From NCBI GenBank assembly GCA_944377315.1, contig CALWEM010000018.1, forward strand, positions 49,106 to 113,105: a DNA stretch of 64,000 nt, read 5' to 3'. Below, one piece after another: positions 63,051-64,000 of this stretch (position 1 is its first letter; every line of letters begins with the position of its first letter). Source of the DNA: an uncultured Clostridia bacterium. Its GTDB lineage: Bacteria > Bacillota > Clostridia > Christensenellales > UBA1242. A program made the position numbers and the translations under genes. A model generated the notes under the pieces. That model worked only from the letters and a program-made list of their open reading frames with translations, was not told the DNA's origin and did not search any database.

Positions 63051-64000
63051 ATGAAAACAGAAATTTTGAAGGCAGATACAAACTCCATTGAAAAGGCATC
63101 TTCACTTCTTCAAAAAGGAGAAGTGGTGGCTCTTCCAACTGAAACGGTGTATGGGCTTGCTGGTGATGCCACGAATGGAAGTGCAATAAAGAAAATTTTT
63201 GAAGCGAAAGGCAGACCGATGGACAATCCACTCATTGTTCATATTTCTTCATTTTCGATGCTTGAAGGGCTTGTCAGTGAAGTGAATGATGATGCTCGAA
63301 AACTTATGGAAAATTTTTGGCCGGGTCCATTGACAATCATAATGCCAAAAGGCAAAAATGTTTGTGATGAAGTGTGTGCTGGGCTTTCAAGCGTGGGAGT
63401 TCGTATGCCAGCGAATTTTGTTGCGCGTGAAGTGATTGAAAAATCTGGAATTTTGTTTGCTGCTCCCAGTGCCAACACGAGTGGGAAGCCAAGTCCAACC
63501 ACCGCTGACGATGTCTATGAAGATATGAAAGGAAAAATTCCGCTTATTCTTGATGGTGGTGAGTGTGAAAAGGGCGTGGAGTCGACAGTTGTGTCAGTTT
63601 TGGATGATGTGCCAGTCATTCTTCGACCAGGGATTATCACGAAAGAGATGATGGAAAAAGTTTTGGGAAAAGAAGTGTTGATTTCCAGAGCAATAACCGA
63701 AGAAGTGAAAAATGACGAAAAGGTTTTGTCGCCAGGTATGAAATACAAGCACTATTCGCCGAAGGCGGAAGTTATTATTGTGAAAGGTGACTTTGAAAAA
63801 TTCAGAAAATTTGTTGAAGAAGACAAAGGTGAAAAGGTATATGCTCTTCTCTTTGATGAAGAAAAGGTTTCGATTCCATTTTTAAGTTATGGACATAAGA
63901 ATAAACCGGAAGAGCAAGCACATTTTCTCTTTTCAAGGCTTCGCGAACTTGACAGATTGGGTGCAAAGAAGGTGTATGCTCGTTGTCCAGACAAAACGGG
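63051..64000 (+). CDS. tsaC: L-threonylcarbamoyladenylate synthase (Sua5/YwlC/TsaC family), 3' end beyond window
   Basis: My own translation of an ORF missing from the track because it has no stop in the window: MKTEILKADTNSIEKASSLLQKGEVVALPTETVYGLAGDATN...IFEAKGRPMDNPLIVHI...FWPGPLTIIM...VGVRMP...FAAPSANTSGKPSPTT...ESTVV. Confidence 0.92.
   Translation, partial: MKTEILKADTNSIEKASSLLQKGEVVALPTETVYGLAGDATNGSAIKKIFEAKGRPMDNPLIVHISSFSMLEGLVSEVNDDARKLMENFWPGPLTIIMPKGKNVCDEVCAGLSSVGVRMPANFVAREVIEKSGILFAAPSANTSGKPSPTTADDVYEDMKGKIPLILDGGECEKGVESTVVSVLDDVPVILRPGIITKEMMEKVLGKEVLISRAITEEVKNDEKVLSPGMKYKHYSPKAEVIIVKGDFEKFRKFVEEDKGEKVYALLFDEEKVSIPFLSYGHKNKPEEQAHFLFSRLRELDRLGAKKVYARCPDKT

Overview
AT-rich, Firmicutes-type chromosomal segment from an apparent anaerobe. 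It has class III RNR (nrdDG), pflBA and the endospore-lineage genes yabP/yabQ. The standard genetic code applies (TGA is used as a stop). I support about 55 protein genes, almost all on the + strand, plus four singleton tRNAs on the - strand: Pro-CGG, Gly-CCC, Ala-UGC and Ser-CGA. Recognisable housekeeping genes are cls (5' partial), nrdD-nrdG, dut, a nitroreductase, a GT2-TPR glycosyltransferase, a PflX-like radical SAM protein, a heterodimeric ABC exporter, pflB-pflA, a cvpA-like gene, yabP-yabQ, an RluA-family pseudouridine synthase, typA/bipA, mscL, an MBL hydrolase, groES-groEL, dnaG-rpoD, a COG1579 zinc-ribbon protein, a class V cysteine desulfurase with DUF3343, an SLT lytic transglycosylase, a phosphohexomutase and tsaC/ywlC (3' partial; it has no stop in the window, so it is missing from the ORF track). 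There are three accessory regions. (1) 1196-6549 is a block of unknown ORFs around an orphan TraG/VirD4-type coupling ATPase. (2) 16849-24557 is a tightly coupled seven-gene operon. It encodes an SPFH (YdjI/COG4260-like) zinc-ribbon protein, a membrane-anchored helical protein, a TPR-like protein, two ESCRT-III-like (Snf7/CHMP-pattern) proteins, a Vps4/CdvC-like MIT-AAA ATPase, and a 1255-aa three-TM protein with an extracellular GLUG-repeat domain. This is the headline candidate: an ESCRT-III plus Vps4-type membrane-remodelling module in a bacterium. (3) 35298-46022 is a 10.7-kb gene for a 3574-aa lipoprotein with many FN3-like modules and a GLUG-type C-terminus. NrdR-box-like operators occur upstream of nrdDG and, unexpectedly, in three phased copies upstream of pflBA. 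I saw no rRNA, CRISPR array, transposase or integrase. All calls come from reading motifs by eye; no database search was possible.
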